Of a stretch of 32,691 nt of DNA, positions 1 through 8,728 are shown piece after piece; position 1 is the first letter of the stretch; each line of letters opens with the position of its first letter. The DNA lies in NCBI GenBank assembly GCA_046597055.1, contig JBKJLC010000234.1:1-32691 (forward strand). The letters are read 5' to 3'. Source of the stretch: Kofleriaceae bacterium (GTDB taxonomy: Bacteria; Myxococcota_A; Polyangia; Haliangiales; Haliangiaceae). The notes under the pieces were generated by a model. It saw nothing but the letters and a program-made list of their open reading frames with translations. It did no database searches and had not been told where the DNA came from. The position numbers and the translations under genes were made by a program.

Positions 1-1
1 C

Positions 2-118
2 GGCCCGGCGACGTATCAGCGGCACACGGGCGACCGGCCGATCGAGATCACCTGGTCGCTCGGGCATCCGCTGCCGGCCGTGCTGTACGAACGCTTTGCG
101 ATACTGGCGCAAGGCTAA
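2..118 (+). CDS. 3' end (partial) of a DUF3427-domain protein, usually the C-terminus of a PLD/SF2 helicase fusion
   Basis: Frame 2 reads GPATYQRHTGDRPIEITWSLGHPLPAVLYERFAILAQG*, resembling the GP-x-Y..H-x-G-x-RP-x-x-ITW-x-L..PLP ending of DUF3427; TAA at 116-118. Not in the ORF track because it lacks a start. Confidence 0.7.
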   Translation, partial: GPATYQRHTGDRPIEITWSLGHPLPAVLYERFAILAQG

Positions 119-313
119 CGTGAGGTCGGGGTTCTCGGCGCGGTCGGCGTCGCCCACGACGAGCGTGAAGGTGGCGCCGGTGGTGAGCGCGGCCTCCCAG
201 GGCAGGCGGTCGCCGGCGGTCGCGGTCGAACCGCTCACGGGGGCGGTGGTCGAGGACGACTTGCCATCGCACGCGGCAGCCAGAACCAGGGCCACGATCG
301 CGAAGCTGCGCAT
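119..313 (-). pseudogene. Probably truncated lipoprotein gene (N-terminal remnant)
   Basis: ATG at 313 gives MRSFAIVALVLAAACDGKSSSTTAPVSG... with a lipobox (LAAAC) and GC3-rich codons up to about 120. The frame then runs antisense into the DUF3427 gene with atypical codons (TTA, TTG, AAA, GTA) and has no stop in the window. Confidence 0.45.
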
Positions 314-458
314 GCCCGGTTGTACGCCAGTTACCGCGCGCGCCGCGCAGGGGGACGGCAAGGGGGCTGGCCGAGCATGTCACTGACGCTGTCACGCCTT
401 CGGCGCGCCTTTCGATGGGCGGCGTGCGTGGCCGATCTCGCGCGGTATCCTGCGATCC

Positions 459-1241
459 GTGGCGACCCGGCCGTCCCCCTCCAGGCCCGATGCCCGCGCG
501 CTCGAGGCGGCGATCCTCGCCATGGTCGCCGCCCGGGGAACCGCGACCGCATGTCCGTCGGAGGTGGCGCGCGAGGTCGGCGGCGCGACCTGGCGCACGC
601 TGATGCCGACGGTGCGGGCGGCCGCGGGCCGGCTGCAGGAGCGCGGGCTGATCGACGTCTACCAGCACGGACGGCCGGTCGAGCTGGCCACCGCGCGCGG
701 GCCCATCCGGCTGCGCACGCGACAGGTGGAGACCGACCACCGCGCGCACCCCGAGCGCTACGCGGTCGGCCGCGGCGAGGAGGGCGTCCTCACCGTCGAG
801 CCCTACAAGCGCGAGCTGCTGCCGCTCTGGCGGTTCCGGACGCCGGCGGTGGCGCGCACCTCGGCGGCAGCCCTGTATCGAGCCTTCGTCGCGTACGGGA
901 AGGCCGCCGACTTCGTGGGCATGGACATGGCGCGGAAGTTCATCCAGATGGGATGGACCCGCGCGCGCCGGTACGCGAACCATCGCAGCGGTCGTAAGTA
1001 CGGCGAGGGCCGCGTCGAGCTGCCGGACGCCCCGGATCCAGTGAAGGCCGAGTCCGCCGAAATCTTTCGGCGGTATCTCGAGCGAACGCGGAAGAACCGC
1101 ACGTACGCGCGGCTGCGGCTGGCCCACGTGGCGCTGCGCGAAGCCGTGCCGACGACGGCAGCCCCCACCGGGCCCGCGAGTGGCAGGCCCCGGCCCGCTG
1201 CGGGTCGGCGGGCGCGCGGTCGTCCACGAAGTGCCATCTAA
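459..1241 (+). CDS. DUF3253 (winged-helix-like) + DUF4385 fusion protein
   Basis: N-half has TACPSEVAR..WRTLMPTVRAAA..QHGRPV..RGPIRLR (DUF3253). C-half has GRGEEGVLTVEPYK..WRFRTP..DFVGMDMARKFIQMGWTRARRYANH (DUF4385). Confidence 0.85.
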   Translation: MATRPSPSRPDARALEAAILAMVAARGTATACPSEVAREVGGATWRTLMPTVRAAAGRLQERGLIDVYQHGRPVELATARGPIRLRTRQVETDHRAHPERYAVGRGEEGVLTVEPYKRELLPLWRFRTPAVARTSAAALYRAFVAYGKAADFVGMDMARKFIQMGWTRARRYANHRSGRKYGEGRVELPDAPDPVKAESAEIFRRYLERTRKNRTYARLRLAHVALREAVPTTAAPTGPASGRPRPAAGRRARGRPRSAI

Positions 1242-1327
1242 TTCATTTTCTGTAACGCAAACCACCGAATTAAGCGTGGGTGCCGTGTACAACCGTCCGA
1301 CCTGCTCCTCACTCCAGGACCACCACC

Positions 1328-1639
1328 GTGACCCACTCCCGCCATCTTCTTAGCTTCCTCCCCCTGGTGAGCGCCCTCGCGCTCGGGCTGACCGCGATGG
1401 GCTCGTCCCCGGTGGAGGCCCAGCCCGCCGGCGCCCCGACCGCGAGCGGGGGCCGCGGCAACTCGAACGGCACCGGCAATGCCCCGCGTGGCAACCGTCC
1501 GCGAGGCAATGGCTCGGGTAGCAGCAGCTCGGGGACCAAGAAGGTTCCCGAGCTCGACGCCAGCACCGGGGTCGCTGCCGTCGCGCTGCTGCTCGGCGGC
1601 GGGCTCGTGGTCGCCGGTCGCCGTCGGCGCGCCGTCTAG
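1328..1639 (+). CDS. Small secreted Gly/Asn/Ser-rich protein with VPEID-CTERM-type sorting signal
   Basis: Signal peptide ending VEA-Q, low-complexity body, then VPELD, a TM helix and RRRR. GTG at 1328 is preceded by AGGA. Lies directly upstream of the exosortase. Confidence 0.85.
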   Translation: MTHSRHLLSFLPLVSALALGLTAMGSSPVEAQPAGAPTASGGRGNSNGTGNAPRGNRPRGNGSGSSSSGTKKVPELDASTGVAAVALLLGGGLVVAGRRRRAV

Positions 1640-1668
1640 ACCGAGCGGCCGACCGGTATCATCACAGG

Positions 1669-3267
1669 GTGCCGCTCGAGCAGCGTGATCCGCGCCGATG
1701 GAGGCTGGCGGCCGTGGTGTCGCTGCTCGTCGGCGAGTACCTGCTGCTGAGCCTGCTGTTCGATGCGCACGCGCTGGTCGTGGCCACCGGGTGGGCAAGC
1801 GCGATCGGCTCGATCGGGCGCGCCGGTCCGCTGCTGCTGGTGGTCCCCACCGCAGCGCTGCTGCTGCAACGAGACCGGCTGACCGCGGCCTGGCGGGCCG
1901 CGGCGCCGACCGAGGCGCGTCGGGGGGCTGGGCTCGCCGCGCTGGCGGGCCACGTCGCCGCGTTCGGCGCGGTCGTGGGCGCGACGGCCCAGGTCCTCGC
2001 GACACCGGGTGACGTCGCGTGGATCGCGGCGTGGCTCCTCACGACCAGCGCGTGGCTCGGGCTGGCCGTCCTCGCGGTGCTACCAGGGCGCGCGCTCGGC
2101 GGGTTCGCCCGCGCGGCCGCCGGCCCGATCGCGGTCGGCGGCATCGTCGGACTCGCGGCGTGGGCCGCCGGGCTTGCCGGCGAGCGCCTGTGGATGCCGA
2201 TGGCCGGGTACACGCTGCGGGTGTCGCATGCGCTGCTGGCGCTCGTCGCCGGCGACGCGGTCATGGACGGCGACGCCCGCTTGATCGGGCTCGGCAGCTT
2301 CGTCGTCGAGGTCGCGCCCGAGTGCTCCGGCTTCGAAGGCATGGGCGTCGTCGCCGTGTTCCTGGGCGGGTTCCTGTATGCGTGCCGGCGGGAGCTGCGG
2401 TTCCCCCGCGCGCTCGTCGTGGTGCCGGCCGCGGTGGCGGCGGCGTGGCTGCTGAACGCGGTGCGCATCGCGGGGCTGGTGCTGTTCGGCGATCGCGTCG
2501 ACGCCGACATCGCGCTGGCCGGGTTCCATTCCAAGGCGGGCTGGTTGGCGGTCTGCGTGGTCGCGCTCGCGGGTGCCGCCTGGGCACGGCGGTCGCGATG
2601 GCTGGCGCGCGACCCGGTCGAGGCCGCGGGCGACAACCCGACCGCGGCGTATCTGGTGCCGTTGCTCGCGCTGCTGGCGTCGGCGCTGACGACCGGGATG
2701 GTCGCGCGCGGCGTCGATCTGCTGTACGGCGCGCGGATCGTGGCGGTCGGCGGCGCGCTGTGGATGTACCGCCGCGACTACGCCGACGCCGTGCGCGGGT
2801 ACCGGCCGTCGCTGGCGGCGGTCGGGTTCGGCGTCGTCGCGTTCGCGCTGTGGTGGGCGCTGGAGCCGGCCGCGGATGCGGCCGCCGTGACCGCGCTGCG
2901 GGGCGACCTGGCCGGCGCCGGCTGGGTCGGCGACGCCTGGATCGCCGCACGCCTGGTCGGATCGATCCTCGCGATCCCGATCGCGGAGGAGCTGGCGTTC
3001 CGCGGCTACGCGCTGCGGCGGCTGGTCGCCGCCGACTTCACCGCCGTGGATCCACGGCGGGTGGCGCTGCTCGCGGCAGTCGGTTCGTCATTGATGTTCG
3101 GCCTGCTGCACGGGCGCTGGCTGGCCGGGACCCTCGCCGGGCTGGTGTACGCGGCGGCGATGTACCGACGTGGTCAGCTGGCCGACGCAGTCCTCGCGCA
3201 CGCCGTCACCAACGCGCTGGTGGCGATCTGGGTGCTGGGGTTGGGCCGCTGGGAGATGTGGACGTGA
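1669..3267 (+). CDS. xrtE: Exosortase E / CAAX (CPBP) protease fusion, VPEID-CTERM system
   Basis: Multi-TM protein with exosortase triad motifs VAPECSG, NAVRI and FHSKAGW. C-terminal CPBP motifs EELAFRG, FGLLH and HAVTN. Adjacent to a VPELD substrate. Confidence 0.9.
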   Translation: MPLEQRDPRRWRLAAVVSLLVGEYLLLSLLFDAHALVVATGWASAIGSIGRAGPLLLVVPTAALLLQRDRLTAAWRAAAPTEARRGAGLAALAGHVAAFGAVVGATAQVLATPGDVAWIAAWLLTTSAWLGLAVLAVLPGRALGGFARAAAGPIAVGGIVGLAAWAAGLAGERLWMPMAGYTLRVSHALLALVAGDAVMDGDARLIGLGSFVVEVAPECSGFEGMGVVAVFLGGFLYACRRELRFPRALVVVPAAVAAAWLLNAVRIAGLVLFGDRVDADIALAGFHSKAGWLAVCVVALAGAAWARRSRWLARDPVEAAGDNPTAAYLVPLLALLASALTTGMVARGVDLLYGARIVAVGGALWMYRRDYADAVRGYRPSLAAVGFGVVAFALWWALEPAADAAAVTALRGDLAGAGWVGDAWIAARLVGSILAIPIAEELAFRGYALRRLVAADFTAVDPRRVALLAAVGSSLMFGLLHGRWLAGTLAGLVYAAAMYRRGQLADAVLAHAVTNALVAIWVLGLGRWEMWT

Positions 3268-3413
3268 CGGCCCTCGCGGGCCGCGACCGACCGGAGACCT
3301 GCCCGGCAGTGCCGCCTGCGGCGCGCGTGCCCGGGGCATCCGCGCGCGGTGTGGCCGACTTGCACAAGTGATCGCACGGGAAGCCGCCAGGCGGGTTCTG
3401 GCGCGGGCTCACG

Positions 3414-3429
3414 GGGCGCGAAATTTGCA
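3414..3429 (+). promoter_or_regulatory. sigma54 (-24/-12) promoter
   Basis: GGGCGCGAAATTTGCA fits TGGCACG-N4-TTGCW with GG-N10-GC spacing and ends 13 nt before ATG 3443. Confidence 0.65.
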
Positions 3430-3442
3430 GCCTCGAGCGCTC

Positions 3443-3739
3443 ATGACCAGCCCGACCGAGCCCGCGACGACCGAGCCCCTCACCCCGGCGGATGACTTTC
3501 GCGAGCGGGAGCTAGCGGATGAGGCCAAGACGGCCGACTCCGCGCCGGCCGAGGTGCACCCGCCGCGAGAGCGAAAGGTGCTCGTGCGCGATGCTCACGG
3601 GCACGACCCGTACGGCGGCGATCGCTATCGGGCCGACGGCGAACGCGACGAGGTCGAGCTGGGCCAGTCTCCCTACGAGCTGCCCGACCCGACGGCGGCG
3701 GCGCTCCGGAAGGTGAAGGCCGACGCCGACAAGGCCTGA
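3443..3739 (+). CDS. Small acidic, probably disordered hypothetical protein (98 aa)
   Basis: MTSPTEPATTEP...KADADKA; GC3-biased codons; sigma54 motif immediately upstream. Confidence 0.65.
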   Translation: MTSPTEPATTEPLTPADDFRERELADEAKTADSAPAEVHPPRERKVLVRDAHGHDPYGGDRYRADGERDEVELGQSPYELPDPTAAALRKVKADADKA

Positions 3740-3793
3740 CGACGCACGGCACGCCGGCGACGCGTCCCGCACCGCCTCACGAGACGGCGCGGC

Positions 3794-4783
3794 TCATCCA
3801 CCGCCCGACGCCGGGCACGGGTTCGAGAACGTCGCCACCCTGACCGGATCGTCAGCACCGCCGGCGACCACGATCCGGTCGCCGACCCGCTGGATGATGG
3901 GCGCCGAGCCGCCCGACGCGACCTCGACGACCTTGCGGATCCCGGCGCCGTCGAGGCAGCCCACCCGCACCGTGCCCTGGAGATCGACCGCGATCACGCC
4001 GCGCTCCACCGGCACCGCATCGTTGGCGTGCACGTCCCAGGTCGCCAGCACCGCGCCGTCGGACGGGCGGAGCAGCGCCACCGCGCCGGCCGCGCCCACC
4101 GCCGCGAACATCCCGCCGCCGTGGCCGAGGCGGACCACCGAGTCCGGCACCGGCGTCGGCTCGGCGACCACGCCGGCGTCGAGATCGAGCAAGACCGCCT
4201 TGCCCCCGGCGAGCAGCAACCGATCCTCGGAGGCGACCATCGCGGTGACGCCCTCGACGGCGCGGCGGCCACGGACCTTGCCGTCGGCGGCGGCGACCAC
4301 CACGATCTCCTGGCTCCGGGTCCCGTCCGGGGCCCGCTTCTCCACCAGCAGCGCCACGTGCGCGGCGTCGGCGAACCACGCGACCTGACGCACCGGCACG
4401 TAGCCGCCGGGCCCCGGCCGGCCCCAGGTCTCCAGGTTGGGATCGGGAAGCCACGCGCGCGCGGCAAGATCGAGCGTGCCGAGGCCGATGCGCAGCGCCT
4501 TGCCGTCGCGGGTCCAGCGGGTCCCGCCGACCGGCACGTGCGCGGGCAGCTTGGCCACGACCGGGACCTCACCCTCCCACCAGGTCGCGCCGCCCATGAG
4601 CAGGGTGACGAGCTGCGGGCCGGGCGCGATCGCCTGGCTGAAACCGCCGCGCAGCGGCGTGAAGGCGCCGAGGACCGTCGAGGCGCGTGCGGGGGACGAC
4701 ATGGAAGGCTCCCGATTGCTGCAGCCGCTCGCGCCGAGCACGAGCTGGAGGGCGAGAAGCAGGTGCGTTCGCGCGGACATCAT
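3794..4783 (-). CDS. Lipoprotein, probable beta-propeller-like fold
   Basis: MMSARTHLLLALQLVLGASGC lipobox; repeated beta-strand/DG motifs (AADGKVRG, PSDGAVLA, DLQGTVRV). Starts 19 nt after the P450 stop. Confidence 0.65.
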   Translation of the reverse strand: MMSARTHLLLALQLVLGASGCSNREPSMSSPARASTVLGAFTPLRGGFSQAIAPGPQLVTLLMGGATWWEGEVPVVAKLPAHVPVGGTRWTRDGKALRIGLGTLDLAARAWLPDPNLETWGRPGPGGYVPVRQVAWFADAAHVALLVEKRAPDGTRSQEIVVVAAADGKVRGRRAVEGVTAMVASEDRLLLAGGKAVLLDLDAGVVAEPTPVPDSVVRLGHGGGMFAAVGAAGAVALLRPSDGAVLATWDVHANDAVPVERGVIAVDLQGTVRVGCLDGAGIRKVVEVASGGSAPIIQRVGDRIVVAGGADDPVRVATFSNPCPASGGG

Positions 4784-4802
4784 CACGTGAGGTACGTGCT
4801 CT

Positions 4803-6131
4803 TCACGAAGCCGGTCTTGCCGCCGTGATCGATGAACGACCCGCCGGCGGCTCGGCCACGAAGCGCAGCGGCCGCGTGGGGCCCAGCACGGTGTTGCGCG
4901 GCACCAGGCCGACCGGGCCGTCATCGAGCGACTGCAGGTTGCGTGTCTGCAGGATGGTGCCGAGTACGATCTTCATCTCGAACATCGCGAACGCCGCGCC
5001 GAGACAGCGGCGGTGGCCGCCGCCAAACGGCATGAACTCGTGCGGCGCGAAGGTGCGGTCGAGGAAGCGCTGCGGGTCGAACACGTCGGGCTCGGGGTAC
5101 AGCTCCGGCCGCTGGTGGAGCGCAAGCATGTTCGGGCTCACGGCGACGCCGGCCGGCAATTGGTAGCGGCCGAGCGTCATCGGGCGGACCAGGACCCGCA
5201 CCACCGAGGCGGCGATCGGGCGCAGCCGCAGCGTCTCCAGGCAGACTGCCTCGAGGTAGGGCCGCGACGCCAGCTGCTCGGGATCGGAGATGCCGCGCAG
5301 CTCCGCCTCGAGGCGCGCGCGCACCTCGGGGTGGCGGTGCAGCAGCCACAGGGCCCACGCGAGCGCGAGCGCGGTCGTCTCGTGGCCGGCGACGACCAGC
5401 GTCATCATCGCCTCGAGCACCTCGCGATCGTCCATCGCGCGCCCGTCGTCGTAGCGGGCCTGCACCAGCAACGTGAGGATGTCTTGCTGGGCGCTCGCGC
5501 GACGCGCGGCGATCTCGCCGAACACCCATGCCTCGACCGCGCGACGCCGGCGCATCAGGCGCCGCCACGGCGGCCACCAGCCGCCCTGCAGCGCCGGGAA
5601 GAACAGCAGCGTCGGACCGAGCGCACCGATGAGCCCCACCAGCATGCGCTCGACGTGGGCCGCCTGGTCCCCGGCGCGCGCGCCGAGCACGGCCTGGAGG
5701 ATCACGCGCAGCGAGATCGCTTGCGTCGCCGACTGCATCGAGAACGGCACGCCCGGCCGCCATGACGTGGCCTCGTCCCGTGCGATCTGCTGCATCAGCG
5801 CGGCGTAGCCCCGCATGCGGGCGCCGTGGAACGGCGGCGTCTGCAGCTTCCGCGCGGCGCGGTGTGGCTCGCCGTCGAGCATCATGATCGAGCCGCCGCC
5901 GAGCACCGGCTTCATCTGCTCGACCCCGAAGGCACCGTACTGGTCCGGGTCGCCGGCCAGGATCGCGCGGATCAGCGCCGGGTCGCCGGTGACGACGATG
6001 GGCGTGCCGAGGGCGTGCGTCGTGTACGGGTCGCCGTAGCGCGCGAACGCGTCCCGGGTCGAGCCCAACGGATCGCGCAGATAGCGCAGCATCGTCGGCA
6101 GCGCGAACCGGGGGCCGGGCGGCAGCGACAT
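4803..6131 (-). CDS. Cytochrome P450 (CYP110-like)
   Basis: MSLPPGP N-terminus, AGHETT I-helix, ETLR (ExxR) and heme ligand motif FGGGHRRCLG. Confidence 0.95.
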   Translation of the reverse strand: MSLPPGPRFALPTMLRYLRDPLGSTRDAFARYGDPYTTHALGTPIVVTGDPALIRAILAGDPDQYGAFGVEQMKPVLGGGSIMMLDGEPHRAARKLQTPPFHGARMRGYAALMQQIARDEATSWRPGVPFSMQSATQAISLRVILQAVLGARAGDQAAHVERMLVGLIGALGPTLLFFPALQGGWWPPWRRLMRRRRAVEAWVFGEIAARRASAQQDILTLLVQARYDDGRAMDDREVLEAMMTLVVAGHETTALALAWALWLLHRHPEVRARLEAELRGISDPEQLASRPYLEAVCLETLRLRPIAASVVRVLVRPMTLGRYQLPAGVAVSPNMLALHQRPELYPEPDVFDPQRFLDRTFAPHEFMPFGGGHRRCLGAAFAMFEMKIVLGTILQTRNLQSLDDGPVGLVPRNTVLGPTRPLRFVAEPPAGRSSITAARPAS

Positions 6132-6195
6132 GCTCGCACTGTACCCGGCCGAGGGACGCCCGATCAGTCGGGGACGCCGGGAGTCCACATCGCGG

Positions 6196-8571
6196 CTACG
6201 CTGGCAGCCAGAGCAGCGCGACCCGGGTGACCGCGGTGTCACCCTTGCGGGGCCTGAGCTCGAACGGCTCGACCTCGGGACCCGGCGCGCGATGGAGCTC
6301 GGCGACGTCCTCCGCGAGCCGCGCCTCGAGCTCGGCGCGCTGGCTCGCCAGCTGGTCGATCGACTCCTTGGCGCGCGCGACATCGCCCCGCTGGCCCGCC
6401 GTGCGCGCCACGCTGCGCGCGGCGGCGGCCACCTTGGAGGCGCTCGATCGGCGGCCCCCGAAGATCGCCCCGAGCACCGATGCGCCGACCGAGATCGCCG
6501 AGTCGGTGGTCGCGGCGCGCGCCTGCGCCTCCTCGCGGTCCACCCGCTGCGCCGCCGTCGAGGTCTTGCTGGCGAGCGCGTCGAGCTTCGGCTGGTGCTT
6601 CGCCTTGAGCTTGTCGACCGCGGCGTCGCGCGCCTCGCGGGCCTTGATCGCCACCCGGGCACGAAAGGCGGCCTCGGCCTCGCCGGGGGTCGACGTCAAC
6701 TTCAGCGTCCGCGCGCCGAACAGCGTGAGCGGCGCCGCGCGGTAGACCCACGCCTCGAGCCCGCCCTCGAGCTTGGCGACGGTCTTCGCGGTGAGCGCCG
6801 GGGGCAGCGCTGCGAACCGGGCGGTCGGGGCCGGCGCGGCGCCGAGCCCGGTGAGCCGCGCCGGATCGACGACCTGCGCGTGCTCCCAGAAGTCACCGGC
6901 CGCGTCCGGGTCGAGCGGCGCGACCACCGTCAGCTCGCGCCACGCGTCGATCGCCGCCCGGGCGTCGGTGTAGTGGACCTTGACCACGCCGAGCAGCGCC
7001 GGGCCGAGCGCCTGGTCGGGTGCGAACTGCTCGGCGAGGCCGCCCGGCACGATTGGCCGGGTCGGCGACGCAGGCGCGGCGGGCCCTCGGCTCGGGGATG
7101 CCCCGGCCGGGACCGGCGGGTCGGCCGCCGGCGCGGCTGCCTTGACCGGTGCCATCAGGGTCTGGATCTGCCCACGGGTCAGCGGGCCCGCGAGGTAGCT
7201 CATCACGAACCGTGACTGGAAGACGATCGGATGATCGTCGTGCACGTTGTTCATGACGAACATCCGCGATGCCAGGCCGGCCAGGGTCGCCTCCATCGCG
7301 GGCTTGTCGAACCGGGTGCCCGCGGCCGCGCTGGCGCCCTCGAGCCCTTCGATCACGCGCGCCTTGTCGCGCTCCGTCTGCAGCCGGCCGAGAAACCAGG
7401 TGCCCGCGTTCGACAGCGCCTTGTAGTCGACGTCCACCGGATTCTGGGTGGCGAGCACCATCCCGACGCCGAACGCGCGCGCCTGCTTGAGCAGCGTCAG
7501 CATTGGCTTCTTTGACGGCGGCATCGCGGTCGGCGGCAGGTAGCCGGCGACCTCGTCCATGAACACCAGCGCGCGCAGGCTCGAGGTGCCAGCCTGCGTG
7601 CGCATCCACGCCACGACCTCCTGCAGGACCAGGGTGACGAAGAACATCCGCTCGGCCTCGCCGAGGTGCGCGATCGAGAGGATCGCGACGCGCGGCTTGC
7701 CGGCCGGTGTGTACAGGAGGCTGGCGAGATCCAGCGGCGCGCCCGTCATCCAGGCCGCGAAGCTCGGCGACGCCAGCAGCGTGTTGAGCGCGAGCGCGAG
7801 CGCGGTCCGGTCGGCGGCCGGAAAGAACGTCTCGAGGTCGAACGCCCCGACCTGCGCGAACGGCGGCTTCATCACGCCGTGGACCAGCGCCGCCAGCGTG
7901 GTGTCCTGGCCCTGGCGCCAGGCGCCGTCGAGGAGCTGCGACAGCAGCACGTGCTCGCGGCTGCGCAGCGGGTCGGCCGTGACCCCGATCAGGCCGAGCA
8001 GGCCGCTGACCGCGCCCTCGACGCGGTCGCGCCACGCCTCGCCGTCCCCGGCGAGCTCGCCCGGCGGCGCGCGGAAGCAGCCGAGCACCGAGAGCGGTAG
8101 CCCGGCATCGCTCCCCGGCGTGTAGATCGCGACCTCGCCGGCCGCGCGCAGCCGCGCGATCCGCTCGGGGCCCTGCCCCGACGCCGCCAGCCCGTCGCGC
8201 CACCGGGTCGCGGTCCGGGCCGCGAGCTCGGCGACGGTGACGCCGTCGCGCTGCGCCTGGACCGGATCGACCCAGGGCGCGAAGTCGGCGGGCGCGAGCG
8301 CGGGGAACGTCAGCATCAGGTTGCCGAGGTCGCCCTTGGGATCGATCGCGAGCACCGGCACGCCGTCGATCAGGGCTTCCTCGATCAGCGCGAGGCAGAG
8401 CCCGGTCTTGCCGCTGCCGGTCATGCCGACACACACCGCGTGGGTGGTCAGGTCGCGCGACTCGTACATCACCGCGTCGCCGGTCGACTGCTTCGTCGCC
8501 GGGTCGTGCTCGCTCCCGAGATAGAACGCGCCCAGCTGCTCGTGGTCCAAGATCCGTCGAGTATCCCGCAC
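6196..8571 (-). CDS. HerA/FtsK-superfamily (DUF87-like) ATPase with C-terminal coiled coil
   Basis: Walker A GMTGSGKT, IDPKGD, Walker B VFMDE, LLKQARAFGVG and LATQNP. The true start may be TTG at 8550 (LDHEQLGAFYLG). Confidence 0.88.
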   Translation of the reverse strand: MRDTRRILDHEQLGAFYLGSEHDPATKQSTGDAVMYESRDLTTHAVCVGMTGSGKTGLCLALIEEALIDGVPVLAIDPKGDLGNLMLTFPALAPADFAPWVDPVQAQRDGVTVAELAARTATRWRDGLAASGQGPERIARLRAAGEVAIYTPGSDAGLPLSVLGCFRAPPGELAGDGEAWRDRVEGAVSGLLGLIGVTADPLRSREHVLLSQLLDGAWRQGQDTTLAALVHGVMKPPFAQVGAFDLETFFPAADRTALALALNTLLASPSFAAWMTGAPLDLASLLYTPAGKPRVAILSIAHLGEAERMFFVTLVLQEVVAWMRTQAGTSSLRALVFMDEVAGYLPPTAMPPSKKPMLTLLKQARAFGVGMVLATQNPVDVDYKALSNAGTWFLGRLQTERDKARVIEGLEGASAAAGTRFDKPAMEATLAGLASRMFVMNNVHDDHPIVFQSRFVMSYLAGPLTRGQIQTLMAPVKAAAPAADPPVPAGASPSRGPAAPASPTRPIVPGGLAEQFAPDQALGPALLGVVKVHYTDARAAIDAWRELTVVAPLDPDAAGDFWEHAQVVDPARLTGLGAAPAPTARFAALPPALTAKTVAKLEGGLEAWVYRAAPLTLFGARTLKLTSTPGEAEAAFRARVAIKAREARDAAVDKLKAKHQPKLDALASKTSTAAQRVDREEAQARAATTDSAISVGASVLGAIFGGRRSSASKVAAAARSVARTAGQRGDVARAKESIDQLASQRAELEARLAEDVAELHRAPGPEVEPFELRPRKGDTAVTRVALLWLPA

Positions 8572-8728
8572 GGGTCCGGGGACGCCATCGATCGGTGGCC
8601 GTAAACCGCGCGCCGGGTGCCGCCCATCGTCGTCGACGCCGGCTGAACCGGCGCCAGCGCCGGACCTGCGCGGCCCGACACCGCGTCGTCACCCACCGGG
8701 AACCTGGCCGTCCCGGGATGGGCCTAGC

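Noticed and set aside
378..395. TGTCAC direct repeat resembling a Pho box
   Set aside because: The period is 12 bp rather than the canonical 11, and the spacer is not AT-rich.
1240..1295. AT-rich patch upstream of the VPELD gene as a sigma54/PrsR-type promoter
   Set aside because: Probably regulatory, but no correctly spaced GG-N10-GC; an ECF-like TGTAAC..CGT has an 18-nt spacer and is too weak to call.
6132..6662. N-terminal extension of the P450 ORF
   Set aside because: Overlaps the ATPase gene; the P450 starts at MSLPPGP (6131).
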